From Lophium mytilinum (lineage: Eukaryota): a DNA stretch of 64,000 bases. Below are positions 36,105-48,628 of this stretch, piece by piece. Numbering within the stretch: position 1 is the stretch's first letter; each line of letters starts with the position of its first letter. The stretch is from contig MU004183.1 of assembly GCA_010093605.1 (NCBI GenBank), forward strand, positions 124,001 to 188,000, written 5' to 3'. The notes below the pieces were generated by a model. That model did not search any database and was not told where the DNA came from. It saw only the letters and a program-made list of their open reading frames with translations. The translations under genes were made by a program, and so were the position numbers.

Positions 36105-38348
36105 CTACGTATCCAACTCCCTCTCAACATCCTCCACAGACTCCGCGTCTACGTCTTCATTTACCAACGCAGCCTTGGCAATCCCCTCCAACTCCACCGC
36201 CAGCGCCACCCCCGCCGCGCGCCCACGCTCCACATCCACAAACAGCATAATCGGGAACGGCACACCCACCAGAACCGCGAGGAACCAGAACGCCTATACC
36301 AAGTAAATAGTTAGCCAAAGTGCTCTACCCAAAGGGGAAAGAATAATAAACAAGGTCACATACCGGCCTAATACTCCCCCACCGATCCGTAATCGCCCCG
36401 ACAACCGCCGGCCCAAACACACTACTCCCCTTATCCGTAATGGCATAGAGCGCATAAAACGCCGCCTCAAACCCCGGCGGGATCAACTCCCCAAACAAAC
36501 TCCTGCAATAACTCGACAAGCCCCCGAGCACAAACCCGTAGACCGCGCCGAGAGGATACATCTCCCACGGCTGCTGCAGCCCGCCAACCCCCCACCGCTG
36601 GATCGCGGGGATGTACCCGAGCAAGCCGTAGATGGGGATGGTCTCGAAGAGGAGGATGCAGGCGAGGATGGTCTGGGCGGGCCGCAGACGCATCCAGATG
36701 GAGAGGCGGGACCAGGAGAAGGCGCCAACAACGCCCGAGGCGGTGGCGATGACGTTGATGAGGGCGAGCGCGGCGGGGCGCATTTCGAGCGAGGTTTTGG
36801 CGAAGAGGACGGCGGTGCCGGAGGTTGTGGCGATGGCGTCGGAGAGGAGGAACCAGGCGGCGAGGAAGAGGAGGACGTCTTTGAGGCGGCGCGCGTGCGC
36901 GCTGGTGCGGCCGAGAGCTTTCCAGGAGTAGGTGAAGTAGGCGAGGGCGGCGCGGGCGCGGGTGGTGGAGGAGGGGAGGGCGAGGGGGGGTCCGGGGCGG
37001 GGGCGCAGCCAGAGGGCGGTGGGGATCGTGAAGATGAGCCACCAGAAGCCGATTACGAAGAGCACGAGGCGGAGGGAGAAGGTGGTGGAGGAGGTGGAGA
37101 TGATGAGGACGATGGAGAGGGTTTGCACGATTAGGGCGGCGATGTAGCCGATGCCGATTCCGTAGGATGAGATCTTGGTTGAAAGGGCGAGCTCGATGGA
37201 CGCAGTTGCTGGAGAACGCGGGTTGGGGACTGTGAGATCGGCAGTGGACCTGTTGTGGTGGAGCAGGGCAGTGGTGGAATCAATAACACCGTCGAGTATG
37301 CTCTCCTCCCCAGCCAGCTCATTTGAGTAGCGGGCTTCCTCTCGTAATGAAGACGAGCTGGAACCTTCAATGGGGTTCTCATCGGTATAGGACTGGTCCG
37401 CTGAGTCTTCTGGGTAGTACTGCACAGTCGGGTGGTGTCTGACAAGCAGAGGTAGGAAAGAATTTAGGAGAACAAACGAAGCACCGAAACAAGTATTCGC
37501 AATAATCGCCAGCAATGCACCCAGGAGATATACGCTCGGAACAATAGGAAGGAAAAGCATGGTAGCAATAGCGCCGATAAATGCAAAGGTTAGCAGGAAG
37601 GTCTTCCGGAAACGGCCATGATCTGCCGCGCCGGACATGGAGATTATTAACAGAGCTTGGATTAGGACACTGATGGAGAAAGTGTACATGGCGAAACTGG
37701 CGGTATTGACCTCAACACCCAGGATGTGGACTATACATTGTCCTGGCTCTTGTCGGGGGGAGCGGCCTAGTATGGAGGAGGTGATGTTGAGACCTGGGGG
37801 ATCCACGTGGAAGCTGGCGCTGCATGGGGTTGTTTTGTCGGAAAGAAGCACGCCGCGTTCCCGGGCGAGTTGTTCGAGGGTTATGGGTATGAAGGAGCCT
37901 GTTCCATCAGCTTGCGATCCCAGTGATAGTATATTCGGAGTTTGACGGTATGTCCGGGACGCGATGGGATGGGTCGAAAGACGCGTAGAAGCGACCAGGA
38001 CGAGATGAGAGCTTACCGACTCCGCAGACTACGAAGACCTGATTCTGTTAGCTGCTTGCATGAGTTTCTGCGATAGGAATCTCATACCTCGGCGGCCCAG
38101 CCATACATGTAGAAGCCAGCCAGCTCCTTGGTGCTTGTCAGACGTGTGTCCTCCCCGTCGTAGGGCTCGCGGGTGCGCGACTGGGGACCCATGGTGCTGT
38201 AAGAGTCGCGGTCGGAGCCAGACTGCTCGTCGTCGGCTTCGTTGGAGTGGGAGACGGAGGGAACTGAAGCCTTTGAGGCGCGGGAGTGATCCCTGAAGAC
38301 CTCACGACGCTGCAGGTAGCGTGGCGGGGACGGGGCCCTCGGCGCCAT
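36105..38348 (-). CDS. ATG22: Autophagy-related protein 22 (vacuolar amino-acid efflux MFS transporter)
   Basis: [43 protein letters not shown], [11 protein letters not shown] and [34 protein letters not shown]. Three introns. Confidence 0.95.
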
Positions 38349-39953
38349 AGCTTAGGCACAAGCAGACGACGAGGTTATGATTGGTCGTTCAGGGTAAGCA
38401 TGTAGCACAAAGGACATGGTGGACTGCGCATGTTGGAGCAGTTCCAGAGCAGCAGCAGCGCGGGGACAGTGCGTGAAAGGGAGGTGAATAGGGATCGGAG
38501 GGTCGATGCGAGGCACAAGGAACTGGCCGTAGCAGCGATAGCAGGGCTGTTAGATAATGGGCAGGTGATGGATGGCACGCCGGAGGCCTACGATGCTTAA
38601 TGACTAGGACGGCGCATGTTCCAGTGTCTTTGCGTGCCTGCGGATGCAGCTACTGAAGGCGCATTGCAGTAGTCTCTGTGCAGATAGTTGCGGTGTAGTC
38701 GGCCTCACGCGCCATGATGTAACGGCATCTCGACGAGAGGGAGCGGGAGGTCCCGCCCCTGCGCCGTCTGAAAGGAGCTATTCTATCCTGGGCATCAAGC
38801 TTCATGGCGTGACGCGAGCAAGTGCGTATGCAAGAAGATGGCAGTCTAGCTCTTGCATGGCGTTTTCAAAGGGACTAGTATGGACGATGAGGGTCCCCGT
38901 GGACTTGTTATAAGTGTGTGCAACCATGTATCGAATCTTGCGAGCCCTTTAGTAGAATTCACAAGTCGAAGTAACGCTGGAAGCCATCACTTTAGCTATT
39001 TGACATGTCGCTGGACGGTGGTGTCCCCAATGTCTGCTGGCGTGTGGTGTCGGTTCAGGCCCGATGCAGCTCAGCTGAGGTTCGAGACAGCGACTGGCTT
39101 TCGGGCAGTTTAGACGAGTGGACCGATCTTCGGCATGCCGACCGGCGGGCCCGAGTGCAAAAGCTGTACAATGCTGCCGCCACGAGCTCTTGCCAGCGCA
39201 AGCAAATATACAGCCTGTCGCGCCAGTTTGCAGTCGCAAATGCCGCCTGACCAGACCGCCAGCAGCTGCCAGCCGTAGAGCCTCCAACACTGCAGTACAT
39301 CTACAACAATCGCATTGTTTCCCGTTGTTTACTCGGCCGCCGTCTAAATTCCGGGACGTCGCCAAGGCTCGCTCGTCAAAGGCCTGTCCAGCTTAGGGCT
39401 GGCGTCGAGCGTGGACGGCCTCCCGCCGCCCCAAGGCCCAAGATTGCTCCGTCACCTCAAACAACTCCTCCCTGCTACCCACCGACACCAGCCCTTTCAC
39501 CCAGCACACTCACACTCTCTCTCGTACGCTAGACACTTTCCATCGCCCTCTCGACTGTCCGCGCATCCTCGCGCGTGCACCACGGCCGCGACTCTTCCAC
39601 GGACTCGTGCCCTGAAAATGAGATAACGAGACCAACCTCTTCCCTGCGCCAACGCCAGTCCTTTCCTCCACGCTCGTTCCCACCCTACGCCCTCCTGTGC
39701 TCCTGCCTTTAGCTGGCCATAGCGCTCCAAGACAGCCTTTTCTGCCTGCGACGCGGCAGCTTCTGTTGCGACAACAGACAAAGAATCCGGACTGCCCTGA
39801 TCCACGACCTACGTTTCCACGTGCGCCTCCACCCTCACCACCACCCAAACGGCCGACCCGCGACCCGATACAGGGGTGGCAGCAGAGGGGGACCCCCCGG
39901 ATAGCGGAAGGCGAGGCGAGCGCGCCGCGGCGCTGGAGGGTGTGGAGAAGAGT

Positions 39954-42900
39954 ATGCCAGGACTCCTCATCATGAATCAGAATGGCGCGAATGGAGCTGC
40001 CGGGGCCAAGAGCCCTCAAGACCGCAACGGCGACACTATACTTTCGCCGGGACATTCCAAGCCAGTGATCAATGGAGATCGTGTCATATCTCCGCCAGAG
40101 AGGGGCGGCGCCTTTTCTATCAACGGAGGAAAGCAGATTGTAGCCGGCCAGGTCGACATACCAGCTTCGTTGCTGGACCTCCCGCCCGAGATCATTCACA
40201 TCACCAACAGCGACGCGTACAGCCAGGACGTATACTGCAAAGTATCCACCCTCTTGTCCCGCGTCGTCCAGGAATGCTTTCTCGGACTACAAGAGCTCAT
40301 CCCCAAGATGGCCGACTTGCCTGTCGCCCAGCAGTCTGGCATGACCAATGGCCTCGGAAACCATGCCGTCAATGGACTAGGAGACGGAAATACCACCCGC
40401 AACAATGTCCAGAAGAAAATAATGATGATGGAATTTGCCGAGTACCACAGGACTAGATTCGTCAAACTACTTGTCCTTTCTGCTTGGAGCCGTCGTGCTG
40501 AGCAGGTCCAACGACTGATAGACGTCTCAGGATGGTTAAGGGGCGAAATGGGGAGTTATTACGCTGTTGTAGACGCCATGGGCAATCTGAAGCGTGAGAT
40601 GGAGCAAGCAACACTCAAGAGCCCTGATATAGAAACGGCTTTGAAGGTTCTTGCGACCGGGAAAGCATCATGGATGCCAGAAGTGTGTAAAGCCATATGC
40701 TTAAATTATATCTATGCTAACGTTGCTGTAGATGGGCTACATACCACCGGAACCTCTTTCTCCGCAAGAGATCTTGAAGCTGTGGAGGGACGGCAACGTA
40801 CGATGTTCTCTTCGCCTGAATCTTCACGAGGAACTACCACGGCACCTCAAGCAATGGAAAAGTGGATCCGGACGCGTAACCTTCACAGTTCCTGGAGAAT
40901 TCGAATTAGACGTCACAACATCCACCGAAGACACGTCAGGGCCGTGGTGGTTCATTGATCTCCGCTTTCTGTTTTCGCCCGCTCCAGAGATTCCGGATAG
41001 CTACTTTCGCTCTGCTCTTGAAACACAGGCAAACGTAGTCTTGAGTGCTTCTGGACTGACCGGTTGCTTTGATTATCTACACAATCTCGTCCTCACCCAT
41101 AAGATTGCCATTCTGAAGGCCCAGGCGTCCCAACTAACGGCCGCGAACTGGGCAGGATCGATCAAAGTGGAGCCAGTCCGCAGGTCTCTCGTTGTGCAAT
41201 ACTGGACCGAGCTTCTAGGAAAGAAGAGCTGGATAGAGATTGGAATTGTTAGCGGGAAACCAAAGAACGGGAAGATTTCTTGGAAGGGTCCCACTCCTCC
41301 GCAGTTATCTGTTCGCTGGTTTCGTCAAGGAGTGGAGGTCAAAGAGTCGGGTTTATCATTTGACTGGGATTCACTATCGATGGAAAACATGCTCAGAAAG
41401 GTCATCGCGCATCACATTAGCTACATGCTTGAAACCATTCGGGACCGCGTGGTCGTAGCTGCACGAGGGATACCAACATTGAAGACTGAAGTCTCTACCT
41501 CGGACACGGAACCGTCTGATTGCTTGCTAGAGGTCAATCTTGGGACTTCCGCAACCTCGACGACTGTTCTAGTGGATCCCGTCACTGGCCGATTCGCCAT
41601 GCAGCCTTGCACAGCTTTCTCTGCAGCTAGGGAAAAGGAAGCTAGTAAATCGCTAGACTCGATAGCCTTCATGAGCAACACGATACCCCACGTACTTTGC
41701 GCAAGCCTCCAGGACTCCGTGGACAAGCAAGCGCAACTGCTCGGCTGGACGAAACCCATCATCAACGTTCGAACCGACGCGATCAGAGAAGCAGTCAAGC
41801 AGGATGTAGTACGGCATACACTATACCGCGCGCGAGGCTGGACACAAAACTGGGTCTTGGCGGGCGTGTTCAATCTTTCTGGCATGTCTTGGTGGGTCAT
41901 CGAAACAGAAAGCAGCAATACGGGTGTCAAAATTATTACCGCCGAACGAATTCATAGCGACTCGTCCACAACCACAAAGGGCCTCGCTTTGCGGCATGTC
42001 ATGACTACCATACAGCGCAAAGCGGTGGCTGAGATAACTCTATCTGCTACAACGCAGTCACTTGTGCGACGAGAGGTCCCTCACAGCGTCGTCTCACCTC
42101 CTCAGAGCAGAACAGCCTCCCAAGAACTCGTTGATATCTCTTCTCTCTATTTCTCCGCTGACGCCTTCCTCGCATCCGACCAGAAAGACGCCGAACCCTG
42201 GGCCCACAACCTCATGCGCGTCAACTATGAGTCTTTCGACCTGGAAAAGTCTACCGTTTGCTTCTCCGTCAACGGCGAAATGGCGAAAGGCTTCGAACAC
42301 GAAATCGCAACCATAGTCCGCGCTTCCCACTCCTCCGATATCAAATTCCTGGGCCAGAACAAGTCCAATTTCCGCGTCCTCGTCTCCGCCTCCTTCGGCA
42401 CCTCCTTGGAGAAGCCCCTCTCGGCGCGCCTCCGCGAAGTCACCCACCTCCTCAACTTCATCAGCATCCTGCGCGCCCGCAAATTCCAAGTCGACCGCAT
42501 CACGCCCAACCGCATCACCTTCCGCTACGGCAACAGCGGCGCCAACTCCGCCACCGTCGCCTTCCCCCCGAACCAACCCATTAAGCTCACCTTCCCGCGC
42601 AGCAACCCTCACAACCGCATCCGCGCCCACCTCACCGCGGGTCTCAACGCCCAGCGCCACGACCCCGCCAAGTTCCGCGCCGCCGTCAACCTCTTCACCT
42701 ACCACCTCCTCGCCACCTTGCCCTTCGCCTCCGCACTGGTATCCCTCCACAACCCCGAGCCTGAAGCTCTGGCGGAGGAGCCTACAGGCACAGGTAAAGA
42801 GACAGCCGAGCAGCGCGCCACCCAGCCAGCCATCCACGCCCACGCGCCCGACACGTTCCGCCTGTCGTACCGGAACCCCCGTGTCTCGTTCGATGCTAAC

Positions 42901-43650
42901 CTGCGCGTGCAGCACGACAAGCACGTGTGGCACATCCAGGACTCGGCGGCGACGAACCCGGATCCGCGCGCGAAAGCGGCGCCGAGGTCGGAGCAGCTGA
43001 CGGAGGCGTTGAAGAAGCTGTGGCGCGAGGACGGGGCCGGTGGTGAGAGTGGCGGGGGCGAGGATGGTGGTGGGGAGAGGGGGTGGATGGGCGTGCGGAT
43101 GGGGATTGTGGCGTCGATCGAGGGGGTGGCGGCGGCGGTGGTGAGGTTGGATGCGGTGGTCAGGGCGTGTGCGACTGAGGGTGGGGGGGATGTGGTCCCT
43201 GTTCCTGCGCAGGAGGTGGTGGTGAATCGGAACTCGAATCAGGGTCAGACAGCGCCGAATGCGAATCAGACAGCGCCGTCGGCTGTGGGGCTGGGGATTT
43301 CGAATGCGAGCGCGGGTGCGGTGAGGCCGGATGCGGCGGCGGCGGCGGCGGCGAGAGCGAGGTTGGAGGCGAATAAGGAGGCGGCGAATAAGATTCTGGC
43401 GCATAATCAGAACTTGAACCAGAATCGGGAGCAGAAGCAGGCGCCGAGGAAAAATGGAGGGCAAGTGGGAGGTGGGATGGTGGGAGGCGGGATGGTTGGC
43501 GGTGGGATGGGTGGAGGTGGTGGGCCTGGTGGTGGGCAGGGTGTTAATGGCAACAACCGCCAGAACCCAAATCAAAACGGCCATGGCAGAGGCGGCGGCG
43601 GTGGCATCGGCGGTGGTGGTGGTGGGCCCGATATCATCACGATCGACTGA
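39954..43650 (+). CDS. MED14: Mediator of RNA polymerase II subunit 14 (1 intron, 40683-40731)
   Basis: LLDLPPEIIHIT...RTRFVKLLVLSAWSRRA...PDIETALKVLATG / GYIPPEPLS...SGRVTFTVPGEFELDVT...WWFIDLRFLFSP. Gly/Asn-rich tail ending in IITID. Confidence 0.92.
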
Positions 43651-43984
43651 AAGCTTCCAATCGGTCTAGTCAGTAACTTATTCCCCTTTTTTGGCACAGA
43701 TTTGTACGTCTACGCTTTGACGAGATGGGTGGGTAACTGGGTGGGAAACGGCTCTGCCCCTTTCCTGATCTTTCCGTGTCTGTGTTTCTAGCTTCCTTTC
43801 TTCTTGTCGGTCCGCTGGGGGCTGGGGCCTTTTTGGGTGGTTGGGTTGACCGGTTCTTTTGGCGTGCGGATAGGGTGGGAAAGGGGTTAATTTCATGCGA
43901 TTACCGTGGATATCTGGTAGCTGGGGGATGATGTATATCAATCTGAGCTGAATCGGCTCTTTAACATGATGATTCTGTGAGTGG

Positions 43985-45000
43985 TGTGGAATGTGAAGTC
44001 AGGTTTTTGACATTCTGGGCATATTTTCTTGGTGTGCGAAGGCACTTTTGACGGTGGTAGCGTGTTGGCAAGTGATGGAGCGGTGGAGTGTGGTTTGGAC
44101 CTCCTTGTTAAGGTAAGGTCGGATTTATGGGTTCTTGGTAGAGAGTTGATTGTGGTCTGGGTTGCAATGTGAGGATCTTAACATCGTATGCAGGTAATGT
44201 TGATGTGTGAAGTTCCTCAGACGCCGTTACCGTGTTATCAAGCAATAAATTAGTAGGAAGTAGTTTAGACCTTCAGACCTAGCTAAGCTTGATTTAATCT
44301 ACTTTTACTGGTTGCTGAATTGAAGCCTGAATTGCACCATACCGAATTTTACATCCCGTTCAGATATATGTGAATACATCAAAGCGCATCAGACAGTGGC
44401 AGCGTCTTGGCAAACGGTGTAGCAGTGGATTGCAATTTGCACTATCTAACTATGCTTTCCTGATATTTATCAACACTTAGCAGCCACTAGATCGGAGTTT
44501 GAAATGCAACGTGAGGATCTTGATATCCCAGTAGGTTTTCTTATATATATTAGGACGCCTCTAACGCCGTCATCACGCCATCAAACAATGAATCGGCAGA
44601 GGGCAGTTTGGATGCTCTAACCTGGCTAAGCTCCATATTGCTATCATTCTGCCTATTACTAGATAATGGTCTAAACTGCGACTTGAAGATAGTTACATCG
44701 TATGCAGATTCTTTAAAATGCACAAAGGTGCTTTAGACGTTATTAACATGATGACAAAGCATACATCAGTGAAGTGCAATCTGCTTTCACTGCACCAAGC
44801 TAAGTTCAGGTTTATCAACATTCGGCGGGGTCAAGATCGCAATTTGAATTGCATTGTAAAGGTCCTTTACATCCTATTAGATATCCTCATATATATTTGG
44901 ACGCTTCAGAGGCCGTCACCATGTTGTCAAACCATATATCAGTGAAGTTCATTTCGAACTATCTGACCAGCTAAGCTCGGTTTACTATCTCTCTCCAGCT
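43985..45000. repeat. Degenerate tandem array C, ~6 units of 170-173 bp
   Basis: GACG..G..A.CGTGTTG.CAA-like anchor at 44051, 44221, 44393, 44564, 44737 and 44910. GCTAAG and TACATC blocks recur in register. Confidence 0.8.
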
Positions 45001-45097
45001 ACTCAGGCCGCAGCCATTCATATCGTACACTACAAGCTCCCGATTTGACCGTAGTCACCAGCAAGCCAAAGCATCCCACCCTTTCCCCAGCGCCCGC

Positions 45098-47770
45098 TCA
45101 CCAAACCGTCATTTTGCGCTTCTTGAGCTTCGGGTTCTTCTGCGGCACCGCATATTCCACATAGTCCACGCTTTTCTGCCGCCTCTCCGCCGACGCCCGG
45201 CCGCCCTCGGACCATTCCCCGTCCTCGCTCTCCTCTGCCATTGTCCCTCTAATCTCAACCTTGCCGCGCCGCGCCGCCATCCGCGCCCGCTCTGCCGCCT
45301 GGACCTCCTCCCGCTCGCGCGCTGTGAGCGGCGGATTCTCAAATTGCTTCTTGAACGCTTGGTAGGTGGGGTCGGTGAAGATCTTATGCTCCTTCCACGA
45401 GTTGATGGTTTCGGCGATAGCGGCTTTCCAGCGCTGTGCGCGCAGCTTGCCCCAGCCGAGGTCGCGGTCGAGGCGGCCGAGGTGCGCGAAGACCTTGCTG
45501 CTTTTGAGCTTTTCCTCGATGAGCGACGGGTAGACCCAGGAGTTAAGGTGAACGGGGTTGGCGTAGTTGCTGCTGGCGAGGCAGAGGTCGAGTATGAGAG
45601 TCAGGCCAATTCGCTTCGCGGAGGACACGTCGATAGGCTCGGTGGGTTGGTTCACTGGGGACGGCGCATCCATAGGGTATTGCTTGACTTGACCGGGCTC
45701 GGAGCTGGGGTTGTCAGTGTTGGTTGGTAGCGGTTCGGTGGAGCGTGAGTGGGCTTCTGTTGTTGCCTTTGGGTTTGTGTTGGCGGCGCTGAAGCAGAAG
45801 GGCTTCTCCACGTTCAGGATGAGCATGTCGACGATTTCTTCCTTGCCGCGCTTGACGTGCTTGAGGGCGAAGCCGGTCACACGCGCGACATCGCCGTTGC
45901 GAAGCTTGGTGATCTCGGTCGGAAGACGGGCCAGCAGCCATGTAAATTCTGCTTTCGCGAGCGGTTCGAGCCAGTCGCGCTCGGGGTGGAGATGGTCTTC
46001 GGGTGGCGGGCCTTTTCCTTTATTGAAGCTTCGGCGGCGGCCATCTTCATCATCTTCGCTGTCGAGTTCAGACTCGTGGAATTCGGGATCGTGCTTGAAT
46101 TCCGAAATGTCGGTGACGAACTCGAATTTCAGAACGTCCTTGGGTGCCACCCACGACGGTCCATCATTGTAGATTGCCTGGATACTGCTCTCAACGGAAC
46201 GTCGTCGGAGATAGGGATCAGACGGGCGGCGAAGGCGAGCGTGCAGCTCCCAAAGGCGATATCGGTACCATACGCCCCCAACACTCCTAGCATCCCAGAT
46301 CCAGGCCCACTTCTCTTGCTTCTGTACATCCGAATGTGACATCAGTAGAGCCTCAAACTCAACACCGTGTGTAAGCACATTCTCAACCGTCTCGTGGATG
46401 AGTCTAATTTGCTGCAGGTCGGTTGGGGGAGTGACCTTCACCTCTACTTTTGAGAAATCTTGGCTGTTTCTCCTCGAAGTATTTTGATAGTTCGGCTGTC
46501 CATCTCCACGGCTTACATTTTGGTGCAGTGCGCCGTGAGGGCCTCCACGTCCGCCTCGGGAGCCTCCTCCACGATTATTGTCATAGCCTGATCCACGGTT
46601 GTCGTTGTAGCCTTGTCCTTGATTGTCGTGATTTCCTCCGCGATTGTCGCCGTAGCTTCCGCCACGATTGCCGTGATTCCCTCCGCGATTGTCGCCGTGG
46701 CTTCCGCCACGATTGCCGTGACTCCCTCCGCGATTGTCGTTGTATCCTGGCCCGCGGTTGTTGCTGTATCCTGACTCGCGGTTGTCGCCATAGCCTCCTC
46801 CGCGGTTGTCGCCGTAGCCTCCTCCACGATTGCCGCCGTAATCCCCTCCACGATAGCCGCCGTTTCCCTTTCCAGGGTGCTTGATCACAGCTCCGAAGGG
46901 ATATAGTGATTTAGCATCGTTTGCAACGTCTGGACCATCGAGCGTCTTGCGGGAAGCACGTATGTAGTGTCCCCAGCCCACATACTTTCCGTTGAGAGCT
47001 CGTGCAATGTTGTCGAGTTCATTTGTTGACGTTCCACGAGCCATTCGCACCTCAGCAAACTTGGTCTTGCGTTTTCCGGGGGTTGGATTCGGATTAATCG
47101 GCACAATGAGAGAAATGTCTTCGGTTTCATGTTCCTTAGGCACTAGTTTGTCGATCGTGTCCGTGAGCATCTTGTTTTCCATGTCGTGCGGTATGTTCCA
47201 GACGCTAATCACCGGTTTGGGCTCGTTTGGATCAGGCTCGGAGTAATCGCTATTGCCCTCCGAATCGTAAACCTTCACTTTCTGCTTGTCACTTCGCGAT
47301 TGCGCCTTGGAATTGTCCGAAGATTGCCATGAAGCATCTCTTAAGCCATTTCGCGACATTGGCTCCGAACTGGCTGATTTGCCCTTCTTGTTCGACTCGT
47401 AGAAGCTCAAGACATCATCTTCTTCGTCAGTATGTTGCCTCTTTCGCGGCGGCCGTAGCGACTGCGTTGGCGGTGGCGGCGGGTCTGGCGGTCTGCTGAT
47501 TTTGGACGAACCCCGGCCGTAGTGTTTCGGTGCCATTGACTGACGCAGAAACCCCCCGTTGCCGAATCCGGCTTCAATTGTCGGTAGAGGAACGTCCTCA
47601 GCGGCCACTCCATGGTCTTCCTGGAACATCTTGAGAACCTCTGCGGTCTCTGCTTCATCGCGGCGGCGTTTCGCCTCGGCCTCCTCTTTGTTGCGTTCGA
47701 AAGCTGTTTTCCTGACGGGTGCGGAGAGCTTGTTCCTGATGTGGTCAGGGACGTCGTCGCGGTCTAACAT
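45098..47770 (-). CDS. U2 snRNP-associated SURP-domain protein (U2SURP/SR140-like)
   Basis: [29 protein letters not shown], a SURP domain ([44 protein letters not shown]), and a CID-like region ([24 protein letters not shown]). Confidence 0.85.
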   Translation of the reverse strand: MLDRDDVPDHIRNKLSAPVRKTAFERNKEEAEAKRRRDEAETAEVLKMFQEDHGVAAEDVPLPTIEAGFGNGGFLRQSMAPKHYGRGSSKISRPPDPPPPPTQSLRPPRKRQHTDEEDDVLSFYESNKKGKSASSEPMSRNGLRDASWQSSDNSKAQSRSDKQKVKVYDSEGNSDYSEPDPNEPKPVISVWNIPHDMENKMLTDTIDKLVPKEHETEDISLIVPINPNPTPGKRKTKFAEVRMARGTSTNELDNIARALNGKYVGWGHYIRASRKTLDGPDVANDAKSLYPFGAVIKHPGKGNGGYRGGDYGGNRGGGYGDNRGGGYGDNRESGYSNNRGPGYNDNRGGSHGNRGGSHGDNRGGNHGNRGGSYGDNRGGNHDNQGQGYNDNRGSGYDNNRGGGSRGGRGGPHGALHQNVSRGDGQPNYQNTSRRNSQDFSKVEVKVTPPTDLQQIRLIHETVENVLTHGVEFEALLMSHSDVQKQEKWAWIWDARSVGGVWYRYRLWELHARLRRPSDPYLRRRSVESSIQAIYNDGPSWVAPKDVLKFEFVTDISEFKHDPEFHESELDSEDDEDGRRRSFNKGKGPPPEDHLHPERDWLEPLAKAEFTWLLARLPTEITKLRNGDVARVTGFALKHVKRGKEEIVDMLILNVEKPFCFSAANTNPKATTEAHSRSTEPLPTNTDNPSSEPGQVKQYPMDAPSPVNQPTEPIDVSSAKRIGLTLILDLCLASSNYANPVHLNSWVYPSLIEEKLKSSKVFAHLGRLDRDLGWGKLRAQRWKAAIAETINSWKEHKIFTDPTYQAFKKQFENPPLTAREREEVQAAERARMAARRGKVEIRGTMAEESEDGEWSEGGRASAERRQKSVDYVEYAVPQKNPKLKKRKMTVW
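46560..46860 (-). repeat. Coding minisatellite encoding ~11 (G/D)NRGG(G/S)(Y/H) RGG repeats
   Basis: 21-24 bp units (CCTCCGCGATTGTCGCCGT-like on the plus strand) translate to [15 protein letters not shown] repeats. Confidence 0.85.
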
Positions 47771-47965
47771 GATGACTGGATATGCGCTGAAGTTTGACTG
47801 TATGAGCTTGACACAGTTAGCTAGACTCCAGGCTCTGCTTGTAGGCAAAGAAAATGGGCGCGGCAGGCGTGGCGGCGACACGGCGGTGCAGCGACGCGGG
47901 GAGAAAGTGAGGTTGAAGTTGACGCGATTTAAGAAGTTTGCGCACGGACCACATTTCTCTTGGCA

Positions 47966-47974
47966 GTCACGTGA
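47966..47974 (+). promoter_or_regulatory. GTCACGTGA E-box ~200 bp upstream of the U2SURP-like gene
   Basis: Exact 9-mer. Confidence 0.4.
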
Positions 47975-48628
47975 GATTTGCCCCGCTCAGCCTTGTTGAA
48001 ATGAAAGTGGCACTTTATTCTAACTCAGACTAAACTGCCCCACAGAGCTACCTATCAGTCGTCTCAGATCGCTTTGCCTTGATTCACAAAACAGGGGGCC
48101 TCAAGCGGTGCCAGGCGAGTCTACCCCAGAGCTAGGTTTGTAGTAAAGATCGGATGATTCAGAATATAGTTCTACATTCGGGAACTGCCACTTTCTGCTC
48201 AACAAACCGCCCCATGAGTGTTCTAGCAGACATCGGCACGACGCCCATCCCATAAACGCAATGCTTCGTACAAGGTCTGCTTACGCCTCCTGCTACCGTT
48301 TGGGGTCTAGCTTGGAGCAACAAGTGACACGTGGAGCCTGTGTCTGCCAGTGCCTGAGGTAGGATACGTTAATCTCAACGGTACTCCAGGAAACTGCTAG
48401 CGCGGTTCAGCCTTGCAGGTCCGGTGAGGCACTCTGCATAGAACCACAATGTCATAAGAGCCAGGCTGCCTCTGCCTCACAGCTGGTGCTCAACAACCAT
48501 CTTCGACTGTACCAGCCTCGATATTATTGTCAGGAAAGCGTAAGTAGTCTACCCACGCCAGAAAAGTAATCGAATCGCGGCCAGCAACGAGAAACAAGCA
48601 ACGAGCTTGAAGAGAAAGGGACAAGAAG

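Noticed and set aside
38400..39900. Many short overlapping ORFs between ATG22 and MED14
   Set aside because: Consistent with a GC-rich divergent promoter and 5' UTR. No coding signature seen.
42094..43584. 496-aa antisense ORF overlapping MED14
   Set aside because: Low-complexity Arg/His/Pro then Gly/Val translation. It is the expected shadow of extreme GC-rich codon usage on the sense strand.
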